From Candidatus Bathyarchaeota archaeon (GTDB lineage Archaea; Thermoproteota; Bathyarchaeia; Bathyarchaeales; Bathycorpusculaceae), in assembly GCA_009889605.1 (NCBI GenBank), contig WUQU01000530.1, forward strand, positions 1 to 58,173: a DNA stretch of 58,173 nucleotides, in the 5' to 3' direction. The notes below the pieces were generated by a model. The model saw nothing but the letters and a program-made list of their open reading frames with translations. It was not told the origin of the DNA and made no database searches. Position 1 is the stretch's first letter. The number at the start of each line of letters is the position of its first letter. Both the position numbers and the translations under genes were made by a program. Positions 37,022-47,740 of the stretch are shown in pieces.

Positions 37022-38779
37022 TTGACTGAAACAAAAGAAAACGCGGATATAGCAGAGTTAATTCGAAAAATTGCGTTACTGAACGCTGTAAAACATGAAG
37101 GAAAAGCCCAGCCAGGGCCAGTTATAGGAAAAGTTTTAGCTGAAAAACCTGAACTGCGAACAAAAGTAAAGGAGGTATCTGCCCTCGTAAACGAGGTTGT
37201 TAAAGAGGTTAACGCCCTTCCCTTAAACGAGCAAAAACGCATAGTTGAGGAAAAATGGCCTGAAACCCTGATAAAAGAGAAAGTTGAAGAGGAGAAGAAG
37301 CTTCCACCATTGCCTAATGTGGATAAATATTCCGTGATTGTTACCCGTTTCTCGCCGAATCCAGACTGCGTTTTACACTTAGGCTCGGCCAGAGCCATAA
37401 TCCTAAGCCACGAATACGCCTGCATCTACAAGGGAAAGTTTATCCTACGCTTTGAGGACACGGACCCAAAACTAAAGAGGCCAGTTTTAGAGTTTTACAA
37501 CCGCATAAGAGAAGACTTGACTTGGCTGGAATGCAAGCCAGACGAGGAATATATCCAAAGCGACAGAATCCCACTGTATTACGAGTATGCGGAAAAACTG
37601 ATTGCTGACGGTAATGCCTACATTTGCACTTGCCCGCCGCAAGCCTTCAGAGAAAAAGTGTTAGCCCAAAAACCATGCCCATGCCGCGACTTGCCACCAG
37701 AAAAGCATCTTGAAAGATGGCGCAGAATGCTTGAAGGCGCTTATAAAGAAGGTGAAGCCGTAGTCCGCGTAAAAACAGATTTAACCCATCCAAACCCCGC
37801 GGTTAGAGACTGGCCAGCCCTCCGCGTCATAGACATCGAAAAATGCCCCCATCCAAGGGTTGGCGACAAATACAGGGTTTGGCCCCTCTACAATTTCGCC
37901 TGCGGCTTAGACGACCACTTGATGGGGGTAACCCACATAATCCGTGGAAAAGAACACTTAACAAACATGGTTCGCCAAGAATACATGTACCGCCATCTGG
38001 GCTGGCAGTATCCGGAAGCCATACATTATGGCAGGCTTAAAATTAAAGGGGCGTACTTGAGCAAGTCAAAGATTGTTCAGGGAATGAGGGAAGGCCTTTA
38101 CAAAGGTTGGGATGACCCGCGGCTGGCGACTTTTGCAGCGTTGCGAAGACGGGGGATAACGCATGAGGCCATCAGAAAACTCATAATTGATGTGGGGCCG
38201 AAAACTTCGGATGTGGTTTTAAGTTGGGAAAACCTTTACGCGTATAACCGTAAAATTCTAGATCCGAAAGTGAACCGGTACTTTTTTGTGCAAAACCCAG
38301 TTCAGCTTTCAGTCAGAAATGTTCTAAAAACGTTTAAAGCCAAGCTTCGTTTACACCCAGAACACCCTGAGAGAGGCTTTAAGGAATACCTAATACAGCC
38401 TACGGGAACGGAAAACGCGGTGCTTTTTTGGGTTTCAAAAAGGGATGCAGAAGCCTTAACTGCTGAAAAGGTAATTCGCCTAATGGAACTGTTTAACATA
38501 AAAATTGAGAAAGTTGAAGCCTACTCGGTTGAAGCATCCTTTGTAAGCGAGTCTTACGAAGAAGCGAGAAAAGCTGATGCAACGTTAATTCATTGGGTGC
38601 TGGTGGGCGCAGACATGCCATGCCAAATAGTTATGCCCGACGCCTCAATGGTTGAAGGAATTGCGGAAAACGCTTGCAAAATTTTAAAACCCGGCGAAAT
38701 AATACAGTTTGAACGATTCGGTTTCGCGCGAATAGACACCACTGGTGCCAAGCTTACCGCCTACTACGCTCACAAGTAA
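37022..38779 (+). CDS. gltX: Glutamate--tRNA ligase (archaeal type)
   Basis: RFSPNPDCVLHLGSAR (HIGH-like), YLSKSK (KMSKS-like), RFEDTDP; 585 aa. Confidence 0.93.
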   Translation: MTETKENADIAELIRKIALLNAVKHEGKAQPGPVIGKVLAEKPELRTKVKEVSALVNEVVKEVNALPLNEQKRIVEEKWPETLIKEKVEEEKKLPPLPNVDKYSVIVTRFSPNPDCVLHLGSARAIILSHEYACIYKGKFILRFEDTDPKLKRPVLEFYNRIREDLTWLECKPDEEYIQSDRIPLYYEYAEKLIADGNAYICTCPPQAFREKVLAQKPCPCRDLPPEKHLERWRRMLEGAYKEGEAVVRVKTDLTHPNPAVRDWPALRVIDIEKCPHPRVGDKYRVWPLYNFACGLDDHLMGVTHIIRGKEHLTNMVRQEYMYRHLGWQYPEAIHYGRLKIKGAYLSKSKIVQGMREGLYKGWDDPRLATFAALRRRGITHEAIRKLIIDVGPKTSDVVLSWENLYAYNRKILDPKVNRYFFVQNPVQLSVRNVLKTFKAKLRLHPEHPERGFKEYLIQPTGTENAVLFWVSKRDAEALTAEKVIRLMELFNIKIEKVEAYSVEASFVSESYEEARKADATLIHWVLVGADMPCQIVMPDASMVEGIAENACKILKPGEIIQFERFGFARIDTTGAKLTAYYAHK

Positions 38780-38794
38780 ACGAGGTGCATCAAA

Positions 38795-39094
38795 ATGCGT
38801 AAACAAGACAAAGTGATTTTATGGCCAACATATTTTGACTCAACAAAAACGAGGGGCGAAGGAAGAAAAATCCCAAAAAGCTTAGCTGTGCCTTCGCCGA
38901 AAATTTCAGAGTTGAAAGAAGCCGTGGAAAAGCTTGGCCTCGAACATGAGCTTGTGTTGGAAGCAAGCTATCCGAAGATGCCTTGGCTGAAAACAGGCAT
39001 GCTTCTAGTAGCCAAAAAAGGAACTAAAAACCAGATGATAAAGAAAATTGCCAAACAACTATTAAAGATTCGCGGTGCAACGGTTTCGAAATAG
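38795..39094 (+). CDS. srp19: Signal recognition particle protein SRP19
   Basis: ILWPTYFDSTKTRGEGRKIPKSLAV..P...EL.EA; 99 aa. Confidence 0.9.
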   Translation: MRKQDKVILWPTYFDSTKTRGEGRKIPKSLAVPSPKISELKEAVEKLGLEHELVLEASYPKMPWLKTGMLLVAKKGTKNQMIKKIAKQLLKIRGATVSK

Positions 39095-39191
39095 GCATTG
39101 GAATGGTGGAGTCTGCGATTTTGGTACAACCTTAGATGAAGACAAAACTTATATTTTAGGTTACCCCGGTTTTAAATGGGCAAGGCTGTCT

Positions 39192-40491
39192 GTGCTAAAG
39201 ATACGGTTTGTACTTTCAGCCTCCTTCCTAGTTTTGTTGCTTTTGTTGGCGTGTTTGCCTAGAGCGGTTTTTGCGCAGGAAGAAAGTGTTGGGGAGGCTG
39301 GTGATAGGGCTAGGGCAGTTGATAGGGCTTTAGGTATTCTTAAGAATGTTGTTGGTCTCAATGTGGATGCTTATAATTGGAGTGTCCGTGCATACGGGAA
39401 AGATTTATTCTGGGATGTTTTGCCGCATGAATTTGTGGGTTTTGATTTTTTGGACTGATGAAAGCCAGTTGACGGCCTATGTAGAATTTGTAGATGAAAA
39501 GCTACAGTCAATTTACATGTCTGTGAATAAGGGCGTGCCGCTAATGGTTCAGACAGTTCAACAGACTGCAAACGAGGTTGAGTGGGCCAAGGGCTTTCTG
39601 AGCAGGTATCAAGCCTACTGTGGAGCCACGCATGTGGAAGAGTTCAAAGCAATTCTAGATACAGTTGAACCCAAAACAAACACCGTAAAAGTTTATGGAA
39701 ACATCAAATTTGAGGCGAAATATGATAAGCCGTTCGTTGAATGGGAGAACCACACAATTGACACTGCAACCTTTAGATGGAGATATACGTTTAACGGCGT
39801 TGAAGCTTTTTACAAGAGAGTAGCTCTTTTCTTTGAAAAGGGATGCTTCAGCCGCCTCATTGACAATTGGAATCTCTTTGAGATTGGCAGTTACGACATA
39901 ATTGTTGATGAGAAGAAAGCCATAGAGATTGCCGTGAACGCTGCCAAAAACTACTCCACTAGGGTTTATATGTGGTATGATACTTGGATAACTGTGAGCG
40001 GTTTTAAGGTGGTTGGGGCTAAGGCTGTTTCCTTGATTTTTGGTAACGGCTTGTAGAAGGGGGAGGCCCGCGATGGAAACCCCTTGAAACTTTATCCTGT
40101 ATGGACCGTAGAAGTTTACTTTGATGATGTTTACGCTGGAGGCGTTTACGGCGTATGGCTTAACATCTGGGCTGACACAGGCGAAGTTTGTAGAATATTC
40201 CCCCTCACAGGACCCCTAGGATCGCTTCCTTCAGACATGGTTCCCATAGAAAACGGAGAAAGCGAAGGTCAAGAAAGCAACGAAGCCCAAGCAGGCGGTG
40301 AATAACAAGAACCCACCACACCAGACGAAGACCAAGAACAAGAGCCCATCACACCAGACGAGACACCAACCAATGAAACAGGGCTAAACCTTACAACAGC
40401 CCTAATAGCCACACCAATCCTTGCCGGAATAGCCCTCACAACAGTTAAAGTCTATTCAAAGTGGAAAAGTAAGTCCATCAAAGGGCTGTGA
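39192..40491 (+). pseudogene. Secreted, C-terminally membrane-anchored protein of unknown function, with 1 frameshift and 2 in-frame stops
   Basis: Signal peptide (GTG 39192) MLKIRFVLSASFLVLLLLLACLPRAVFA. Frame switch at T6 39446-39451, in-frame TAG 40054-40056 and TAA 40303-40305. The tail has QEPTTPDE/QEPITPDE repeats and a TM helix. Confidence 0.55.
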
Positions 40492-40492
40492 C

Positions 40493-41582
40493 ATGCCAAA
40501 GATGAGTTCCTCAAGACTTGTCTTGGCGTTGTGCCTTCTAGTCTGGCTTGCTGCATTCTCAATTGTGATACCGGTGGCGAATGCGGAGTCCCGTGGTGTA
40601 GTGTTTTATGGTTCCAGGTGGGGTATGACCCAAGAAGAAATAGATGCAGCTATAGAGGTCATAAATTATATAAAAAACCTCTTTGGATATGGAGGCTACA
40701 ATTGCTCCGATTTGTATGGGAGCCAAACGCAGAAACAAAACGTTTTGAACTATGCTTCTCTCATGGAGGAATCATTCACGGCGTCTATCGACAGTATCAA
40801 TGGTAGGGGCTATAATTGACATAAGCCAGTATGTTAAGAGGAATAAAACATTTTATGTATACTTCGCAGTCAACAACTCCATCGACACCCAATGGAGGAC
40901 ATGGTGCTACCTAGACGATGTGTCCGTAACATACATGGCAAATGATACGGGCAAAATGAAGATCTATGGAAACCCAAACATAAATTTGCTAACTCCTCCA
41001 CCAAACAGCCCGCCAAACGCTCCAACAACGCCTTCAGGGCCCACTTCAGGATACACTGGCGTATCCTACACTTACTCCACAAGCACTAATGATCCCGAGG
41101 GGGACAGCGTCCGTTACCAGTTTGACTGGGGCGACGGTTCAACAACAACTACAGACTGGCTTTCATCTGGCACCCAAGTGTCAGCATCCCACTCTTGGAG
41201 TCCCCCAGGAACATGCTACGTAAGGGTTAGGGCACAAGACTCCTTAAACGCTTGGAGCGACTGGTCTAATCCATGCATAGTGAACATAGCGCCTAGACCA
41301 ACCTGCTCGCTTACGGTTTTTGCTTACAATCAGTACGGCTACCCCGGTTACGTACCACTTTATATAGACGGGCAATATGTTGGAACCACAGGCTACACTT
41401 ACACCGTAACAGCGGGAACTCACACGATCTACGTAGAAAGCCTCCTTTGCGAATATCCATGGATCCATGTTTTCCAATACTACTATTACGACGGCAACTA
41501 CGACTACAATAACCCAACAACCTTAACGGTTAACACAGACAAAACAGTCACAGCATACTACTATTCATACTATTATGGGTAG
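40493..41582 (+). pseudogene. Secreted PKD-like-domain protein with Tyr-rich C-terminal beta domain, frameshifted
   Basis: Signal peptide MPKMSSSRLVLALCLLVWLAAFSIVIPVANA. PKD-like GVSYTYSTSTNDPEGDSVRYQFDWGDGS...HSWSPPGTCYVRVRAQD. +1 switch at G4 40806-40809. Confidence 0.6.
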
Positions 41583-41588
41583 TAAGAT

Positions 41589-41987
41589 TTAACTGGCTTT
41601 TTCTTTCTCTATTAGAACGGCGTTTATCACTCCGTTTTGTCCTGGTCGGGAAGTCACCCGCGCCAAGCCCAGCGAAGTTTCAATGATTGCGCCTTTTGTT
41701 ATTACGCCTCTACGGTCATAGTCAACGTTGGCTGGGTTTTTGACAACCCGCAAAATTTCAGTCTTCTGTGTTTTTTTAGTCTTCAAGTCGGTTACACAAG
41801 CGTATTTTTCACTTAAAACTTTAACTTTGAAGGTGTTGCCTCTTGTCTGTTCGATTTTGCGTTCTGGTTCGCCTAATACTGTTTCCACTGGGAATGAGCC
41901 TTGTTCAAATTTTCTTTTCCCACGGTAGGCTCGTTTTTTGCCTCCAGACGGTTTTTTCTTATGCAGATCGCCATGCCAAACAGACAT
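41589..41987 (-). CDS. rps8e: 30S ribosomal protein eS8 (S8e)
   Basis: WHGDLHKKKPSGGKK...ARVTSRPGQNGVINAVL. Confidence 0.93.
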   Translation of the reverse strand: MSVWHGDLHKKKPSGGKKRAYRGKRKFEQGSFPVETVLGEPERKIEQTRGNTFKVKVLSEKYACVTDLKTKKTQKTEILRVVKNPANVDYDRRGVITKGAIIETSLGLARVTSRPGQNGVINAVLIEKEKAS

Positions 41988-42052
41988 GTCCAGTCATCCT
42001 TAAGCAGTGCGCTTTTAGGCTTGTTCACTATCACGCTGTTTTGCATATAAAC

Positions 42053-42655
42053 CTATCCGTCTCCCACGCCCGCAACTGAACCTTTATTTTCCTCTTCTGC
42101 AGCTTTCTCGCCTTCCAGAATCTTGCGCAGTTCCTTCTTCATCACGGAAAGGTCATGGCTTAAACCGAAATAGTCCGCGAAATAATCCGTTGTCCTCAAA
42201 ATGGAAGAACGTCCTTTCCTTTCAAAGGCGATTAAACCCATTTCCTTAAGCAGTTTAATATGCCCATAGGCATGGTGTCCTCGCACTTCGATAACCCTTT
42301 TCTGAGATAGAGGCTGTCTAAGCGCTATATAAGCCAAAGTTTTCAATGGTCCTGCGGAAATAAGTGGTCTCTTAACGAGTTTTTTAACGTGAGGTGTGAA
42401 CTCGGCTTTTAACTGCAAAACATATCGCTCATCCTTCAACTCTAAAATTTCAAGAGCGGTATTTCTGTTGGCATACTCCTTTGCAAGCATGGTGACAAGT
42501 TTTTTAGCCTTGTTTTTAGACCTGGTCTTCAAAACAGAGCATAATTCCAGAAGATCCAAGGGGCGGCCTGCAACATATAATGCAGCCTCAATTAGGGCGA
42601 GTTCCCTATGTAACTTCGCCTTCTCCAAAACCTGCTTACTCTGTAAAGCTTCCAC
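42053..42655 (-). CDS. scpB: Segregation and condensation protein B
   Basis: IEAALYVAGRPLDLLEL... tandem wHTH. Immediately downstream of scpA. Confidence 0.85.
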   Translation of the reverse strand: MEALQSKQVLEKAKLHRELALIEAALYVAGRPLDLLELCSVLKTRSKNKAKKLVTMLAKEYANRNTALEILELKDERYVLQLKAEFTPHVKKLVKRPLISAGPLKTLAYIALRQPLSQKRVIEVRGHHAYGHIKLLKEMGLIAFERKGRSSILRTTDYFADYFGLSHDLSVMKKELRKILEGEKAAEEENKGSVAGVGDG

Positions 42656-42656
42656 G

Positions 42657-43355
42657 TCACTGGGTTGGTCTTTGGTTTCCTGCAGTGTCTAGCCCTCCTA
42701 CGGTTATGTAAATCTCCTCAGACGCCTCATCCTGCCACAAGTTTATCTTTCCCTCTTGAGCCAAGAACAGTAAAAGAATGAAATTGCGTACGGCTTCCAA
42801 CCGCGTCATACCTTTTACTAAAGCAGAAAATTCAATTATCCCAGCGCCCTTAACCATTTCAAGAAGAGCCTTGTAAAGCTTGTCCATCTGGAGCTCAATT
42901 TCCATCAAGTAATAGTCGATTTGGGGAAGAATCTCCGAAGGCGTTGGGAGAATAGGTGCAGTTGCTGCTTTTTCTAGGCGGAAGAGTTTTTCACCCTTTA
43001 AAACATCGTCCAAAACTTCCAACAAATGCCGTATGGTTGTTGAGGTTAACTCGTGTCTAAGGGGAAGGAAAAGGGGTGGTGGAAGAAACTCTTGGGGAGC
43101 TTTAGGGGGTTGCGGCGGCTCTTCAAGCTTAAGCAGCAGCTTCGACTTCATAAGGTATATAAGCGCCGAAGAGTCCAAGGCCACGCCTGAAGCCCTAAAA
43201 TCTATTTGGCCGCTTTTCTCCATTTCTTCAAGAAAAGTGGTAAGCAAATAGGCAATGTTGATGTCCCATGGAGTAAGTTTTTCCAGTTTGTGAAACTCGA
43301 AGAGAATGTTCCATGGAGGCCGCATGTAAAAAGGCTTCTTAACCACTGTGGCCAT
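42657..43355 (-). CDS. scpA: Segregation and condensation protein A (kleisin)
   Basis: 232 aa abutting the smc stop, with kleisin-like N- and C-terminal helical/winged-helix ends. Confidence 0.75.
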   Translation of the reverse strand: MATVVKKPFYMRPPWNILFEFHKLEKLTPWDINIAYLLTTFLEEMEKSGQIDFRASGVALDSSALIYLMKSKLLLKLEEPPQPPKAPQEFLPPPLFLPLRHELTSTTIRHLLEVLDDVLKGEKLFRLEKAATAPILPTPSEILPQIDYYLMEIELQMDKLYKALLEMVKGAGIIEFSALVKGMTRLEAVRNFILLLFLAQEGKINLWQDEASEEIYITVGGLDTAGNQRPTQ

Positions 43356-46300
43356 TTAGCTTGGCACCTCTAAGAACTTGGCAGAAATAACATTGGAAAC
43401 CCCGTTGCGCCCATAAACTCCGTAAACTTTTTGAGCCTTATTAACCATTTCAGGCTTCAAAGTGATAACTATAAACTGGGCTTTTTCGGATTCCTCTAAA
43501 AGAAGGCCGGCGAGTTTTGAAACGTGGAAAGCATCCAAGTGCGCGTCTACTTCGTCGAGAATGTAGAAGGATGCTGGTGTGAAATCTTTTATTGCGAATA
43601 TGAAGGCGACGGCTGCAACGGAGCGTTCACCGCCGCTGGCTCCACTTACAACTATTGAAGGCTTGTGGGGGAACTGAACAATCATGTCTATTCCGCCAGA
43701 AAAGGGTTCTTCGGGGTTTTCCAGCGTTAAAGTGGCTATTCCTCCTCCAGTAAGTTTTGAAAAGTATTTTTGCAGGTTTTGGCGAATTTTTTCGAAAGCT
43801 TCCATGAAAACCTTGCGTTTTTTGCTTTCAACTTCATCCATAAACCTTAAAATTGCTTGTTTTTCTTTTTCAAGCTCGTTCATTCTTAGGGATAGTTCTT
43901 TATATCGTGAAATTTGTTCTGCGTAATGGGATAAGGCAAGCTGGTTTACTGCGCCTATCCGTTCAATTTCAAACTGGAACATTTTCAAGGAAGTTTCAGC
44001 TTCTTCAACTTCTTTGGTGGTAACTTGCAAGGGTTTCTCGTAGCCGAACTGTCTAAGCTGGTTCTGCCACTGTTCAAGCTGTATTAGGGCTGTTTGGATG
44101 TTCAATTGATAATTGTTCAGAAGGCGATCTGTTTCCTCGTATTCAGCGTCGAGCACGCGGAGTTCTTTGTCTATTTCGTCTATTTGGGCGGTGAACTTTT
44201 TGGATTCTTCTCTAGCCGACAAAACAGTTTGAGAGAGTTCCACGCGGCTTTTTTCAAGTTCTGCCAGTTCCTGTTTTAGTTTTTCCCTTTCTTGGAGCGC
44301 CGCTTCTACTTCACCCTCGGTTTTTTTAAGTTGCTGCTCAACTTTTGCCAACTGAAATTTCACGTTTTTATATCCTGTTCTTAAAACGTTGTCAAATTGC
44401 GACTGAAGCGTTGAGATTTCCGTTTGGACGCTGCCAAGCTTCTGCCTTAAAGTGATTATTTCTTCAGCCAGTTTTTCTCGTTTAACCTCCATTTCCTGAA
44501 TGTTCGCTGGGTCTACTTTACGCCTTAAGACGGCTAAATCGCTTTGAAGTGACCGCATTTCCTTTTGGATAACGCTTCTTTCAGCCTTGTATTCCCAAAT
44601 CTTTGCTTTCTCTGCTTCAATCTCGTTTAAGATTCGCTTAATGTTTGTTTCCGCTCTTTTCACGTTCAATTTTGTTCTTTTAACGCTTCTTTTGACCCTC
44701 GCTATTTCTCTGTCGAGGGTTGTTATGGCTTCTGATAAGCGGGCAATTTCAACGCGAATCCTGTCCATTTCCTCTTCCAAAGAGGCTATGTCGCTTCCTC
44801 TCCGAGACAAGTGCTGCTGGAGAGCCTTAACCGCTTCATCCAGGCTTTTTATAGCTGTCTCGCTGGGTATGATGGCGGAAAAATCTATGGGCGCCCGATA
44901 GTAGCCGCTTTCCATGGCGCCGCCTGGCTCGTAAAGGTCTCCGTTAACCGTTACTACGCGATAACCCTCATTTGAAAGGGCGAAAGCCGTCTTATCTTCT
45001 TGAACAACCAGCGTGTCGCCGAAGACAAAGTATACCGCGGGCTCATACTGTTTAGCGTATTTCATGAAAGAGAAAGCTGGGCCACTGATGCTCTTGTCCT
45101 TTGGAGGGTTAACTGGTTTCGCATTGGAGATTCCTTCCAAAGGTATCATTTTTATTCTTCCAAGTTTCATTCTTCGCAAGGTTTCCGTGCAGGTGAAGGC
45201 TGTGTCGAAATCTTTGACAACTATGGCGTCTAGCCAGCCTCCGGCAGCAACTTCGATGGCTTGCTGGTAAGCCTTATCGATTTTAATCAAGTTGCGCAGC
45301 CGGCCATACACGCCTTGAATAACGCCTAGTTCGCCGAGCTCTTCTATGCTTCTTAGGGCTTTTTCTTCAGCGGCAACGGTTTCTGCAAGCTCCCTTTGAG
45401 TGACAAACTCTACAACTGCTTCTCGCGCTGACTCAGCGATCTTTCCAGCTTCAGCTATTTCCCTCTCTACAGCTTCTTTCTGGGCTATTCTTCTTTCAAG
45501 GGTATGCTCCAAATTTTTAAGCTGAGCTTTTTGGTCTTTCTGAACCTTTTCGAGTTCTGCTAAAGATTTCTCAAGCTCGCTAAGGGTTGCGGCAAACCGT
45601 TCTTTGCGTTCGTTTAAGTCTCTAAGTCTTCTTTCGCGGATTTTGATGGCTGTCTGGCTTTTTGCGTGTTCCGATTTTAGATAGGTGAGTCTTTTGTAGT
45701 CTTTGTCAAGCTGCAGTTCCATTTCTCTTATTTTTTTGCTGTTTTCTCCGAGGTTTTCCCATAGTTGTGCGGCTTCTTGTGCCAGAGCATCGTGTTCGGC
45801 TTGTTTTGCGTTAATTTCGGCTAAAATGCGTTCGTACTCACTTTTTAGATGCCTAATTTTTAAACGGTTTTCGCGGATTTCATTTCGGATAGACTGGTAT
45901 TGCTGTGAAGTGTTTTCTTTAATTCGGTTTAAGCTTTCAAGGCTTGTTTTTCCAGAGCTTATTTTGGTTGTTAACTCTGCAAGTTTGGATTTTAGTTCTC
46001 CAATTTTCATTTGAACCCTTAATACTTGCGAGCCGCCTTCCTCAACTATTTCTGAGCTTAGTTTTCGCCATTCGCCTTCAATTTCCCTGCGTTTTAATCT
46101 ACGTTGTTCCCTTAACGCTCTTATTTTTTCAAGCCTTTCTTTGATTTTTTCTGCTTGAATGGAGTTTTCTTTGACTTTCTCCTGTATCCGCGTTATGTCG
46201 TGGGAGAGTTTGACAGCTTCAAACTTTTTTATCTCGTTTTTAAGGAAATTATACCGTAAAAGCTCGTTGCGTTCCCTTTCCAAGTCTTCAACACGTCTCT

Positions 46301-46907
46301 GCACTTCGTCTATTCTGCCCATGGCCGTGCGTATCGACATGTCTGCAGTTCGCAGTTTTTCTTCAGCCTCAGCTTTTTCCGCGTCATACTGCGCTATTCC
46401 AACCAGATCTTCAATGATTTTCCTTCTTTCCGGGGGAGAAATATCTGTTAGCCGTGTTATGGTGCCTTGCAGAATTATGTTGTGGCTTGTGGAGCTTATC
46501 CCTGCCATGGAGAGAATTTCCATTATGTATGTTCTTGAAATTCGCCTACCGTTAAGCCTATAAACGCTGAGGCCGTTTCGGTAAACCTCACGAGAAATAG
46601 TAACCGTTGTAGTGTCAACAGGTAAACGTCCATCAGTATTATCAAACTGTATTATCACCTTGGCCATTTTCGCCTTTTCTAACCCCTCTTTTTCGGAACC
46701 GTGAAAAATCAGTTTTGCAGCGGTTTCCGCACGAAGCCTTCTGGTGCTTAGTTCGCCTAGGGCAAATAAAATCGCGTCAACAATATTTGACTTTCCACTA
46801 CCATTCGGGCCAGTTATAGCCGTAAACCCTTTATCCAAAACGATTTTGGCTGTTTGCGGTCCAAAGGATTTGAATCCCTTAAGTTCTATTTTTTTGATAT
46901 AGGGCAT
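43356..46907 (-). CDS. smc: Chromosome segregation ATPase SMC
   Basis: Walker A GPNGSGKSN, long coiled coils with a hinge, signature SGGERSV, Walker B FYILDEVDAHLD; 1183 aa. Confidence 0.95.
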   Translation of the reverse strand: MPYIKKIELKGFKSFGPQTAKIVLDKGFTAITGPNGSGKSNIVDAILFALGELSTRRLRAETAAKLIFHGSEKEGLEKAKMAKVIIQFDNTDGRLPVDTTTVTISREVYRNGLSVYRLNGRRISRTYIMEILSMAGISSTSHNIILQGTITRLTDISPPERRKIIEDLVGIAQYDAEKAEAEEKLRTADMSIRTAMGRIDEVQRRVEDLERERNELLRYNFLKNEIKKFEAVKLSHDITRIQEKVKENSIQAEKIKERLEKIRALREQRRLKRREIEGEWRKLSSEIVEEGGSQVLRVQMKIGELKSKLAELTTKISSGKTSLESLNRIKENTSQQYQSIRNEIRENRLKIRHLKSEYERILAEINAKQAEHDALAQEAAQLWENLGENSKKIREMELQLDKDYKRLTYLKSEHAKSQTAIKIRERRLRDLNERKERFAATLSELEKSLAELEKVQKDQKAQLKNLEHTLERRIAQKEAVEREIAEAGKIAESAREAVVEFVTQRELAETVAAEEKALRSIEELGELGVIQGVYGRLRNLIKIDKAYQQAIEVAAGGWLDAIVVKDFDTAFTCTETLRRMKLGRIKMIPLEGISNAKPVNPPKDKSISGPAFSFMKYAKQYEPAVYFVFGDTLVVQEDKTAFALSNEGYRVVTVNGDLYEPGGAMESGYYRAPIDFSAIIPSETAIKSLDEAVKALQQHLSRRGSDIASLEEEMDRIRVEIARLSEAITTLDREIARVKRSVKRTKLNVKRAETNIKRILNEIEAEKAKIWEYKAERSVIQKEMRSLQSDLAVLRRKVDPANIQEMEVKREKLAEEIITLRQKLGSVQTEISTLQSQFDNVLRTGYKNVKFQLAKVEQQLKKTEGEVEAALQEREKLKQELAELEKSRVELSQTVLSAREESKKFTAQIDEIDKELRVLDAEYEETDRLLNNYQLNIQTALIQLEQWQNQLRQFGYEKPLQVTTKEVEEAETSLKMFQFEIERIGAVNQLALSHYAEQISRYKELSLRMNELEKEKQAILRFMDEVESKKRKVFMEAFEKIRQNLQKYFSKLTGGGIATLTLENPEEPFSGGIDMIVQFPHKPSIVVSGASGGERSVAAVAFIFAIKDFTPASFYILDEVDAHLDAFHVSKLAGLLLEESEKAQFIVITLKPEMVNKAQKVYGVYGRNGVSNVISAKFLEVPS

Positions 46908-47024
46908 TAAGCTACGCCCTCACCTCTACGAAACCGTGAAATGCCTCACAGGAAGCCAATTCTATGCGACTTCTTTATAAAAGTGTGGCACCAGCAAGCT
47001 TTAACGATTATGCACTTTTTAACG

Positions 47025-47543
47025 CTATTTTTCAGCTTTTAACCCATATTTTGTAGCCATTTTTTTGACAAAATCTTTCACAAGGGCATCTTCGCCGTAA
47101 ACAATCAAACATCCATCTTTTTGCAAGTTGAAGGAAAGGTTTAATTCTTCAGCCAAAGCCTTCAATGTTTCGAAAGGCAATTCCTTAGAAGGTTTAACGC
47201 GAATCCAACGCTGTTCTTTCGGGACACCTGAAATAAACCGCGTTTCTTCCTCTACCGCATTAAACGGAGATTTGTTTGCTTCATCTAACCGCTTCAACCA
47301 CTCCTCTACGTACTCGTTTCCAAGTCTTTCCCGTCCCTCAGAAATAAGATACGCCTCCACATTACGGAGGCATTCTTCAATCCTTTGGCCTGTTTCAAAT
47401 CTGGAAGAGTCAGCCTTCAAAACATTGATTAAAGTTTTCGCGTATCTCAAATCGCTGACAACATTAGCGGATACAGGTACACCTCTTTTGCGAAAATCTT
47501 GAACCATTTCGTCCAAAACCCTCCAAACAGCCAAATAACCCAT
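47025..47543 (-). CDS. Conserved-looking archaeal hypothetical protein (possibly DUF2096-like)
   Basis: 172-aa uninterrupted ORF upstream of smc. The family assignment is tentative and from memory only. Confidence 0.4.
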   Translation of the reverse strand: MGYLAVWRVLDEMVQDFRKRGVPVSANVVSDLRYAKTLINVLKADSSRFETGQRIEECLRNVEAYLISEGRERLGNEYVEEWLKRLDEANKSPFNAVEEETRFISGVPKEQRWIRVKPSKELPFETLKALAEELNLSFNLQKDGCLIVYGEDALVKDFVKKMATKYGLKAEK

Positions 47544-47740
47544 AAGCCTTCACCCATTAACCATTAATTGGAAGTCAGCCATTATATAATTATTATCTGA
47601 AGCCAAATGATCTAGTAAACCTCTCACAAGCAGTATAAAAAGGCTTAACCAAAACACAATTAATAGGAAAAGGTTTTTAGTTTAGTTGTTATATGAAAGT
47701 TCTGCAAAGGAATTTAGTTAGTGTGTGAGGTTGATGTTTG

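Noticed and set aside
11957-40305. Stop-codon reassignment or pyrrolysine/readthrough as the explanation for in-frame TAA (11957, 40303) and TAG (40054)
   Set aside because: TAG, TAA and TGA each terminate well-defined housekeeping genes in this window (for example rps13 TAG, rps4 TAA, rpoD TGA). The affected genes also carry frameshifts, so nonsense mutations or errors are more parsimonious.
40531-40806. 91-aa ORF in a third frame across the 5' part of the PKD-protein gene
   Set aside because: It has no signal peptide or motif and is Cys/Trp/Arg-rich. The 40493 frame has a clear signal peptide and joins the downstream frame with one G-run correction.
43684-46563. Multiple 60-134-aa plus-strand ORFs inside smc
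   Set aside because: They are antisense shadows of a long coiled-coil gene with Leu/Ser/Phe-rich low-complexity translations. smc itself is intact and unambiguous.
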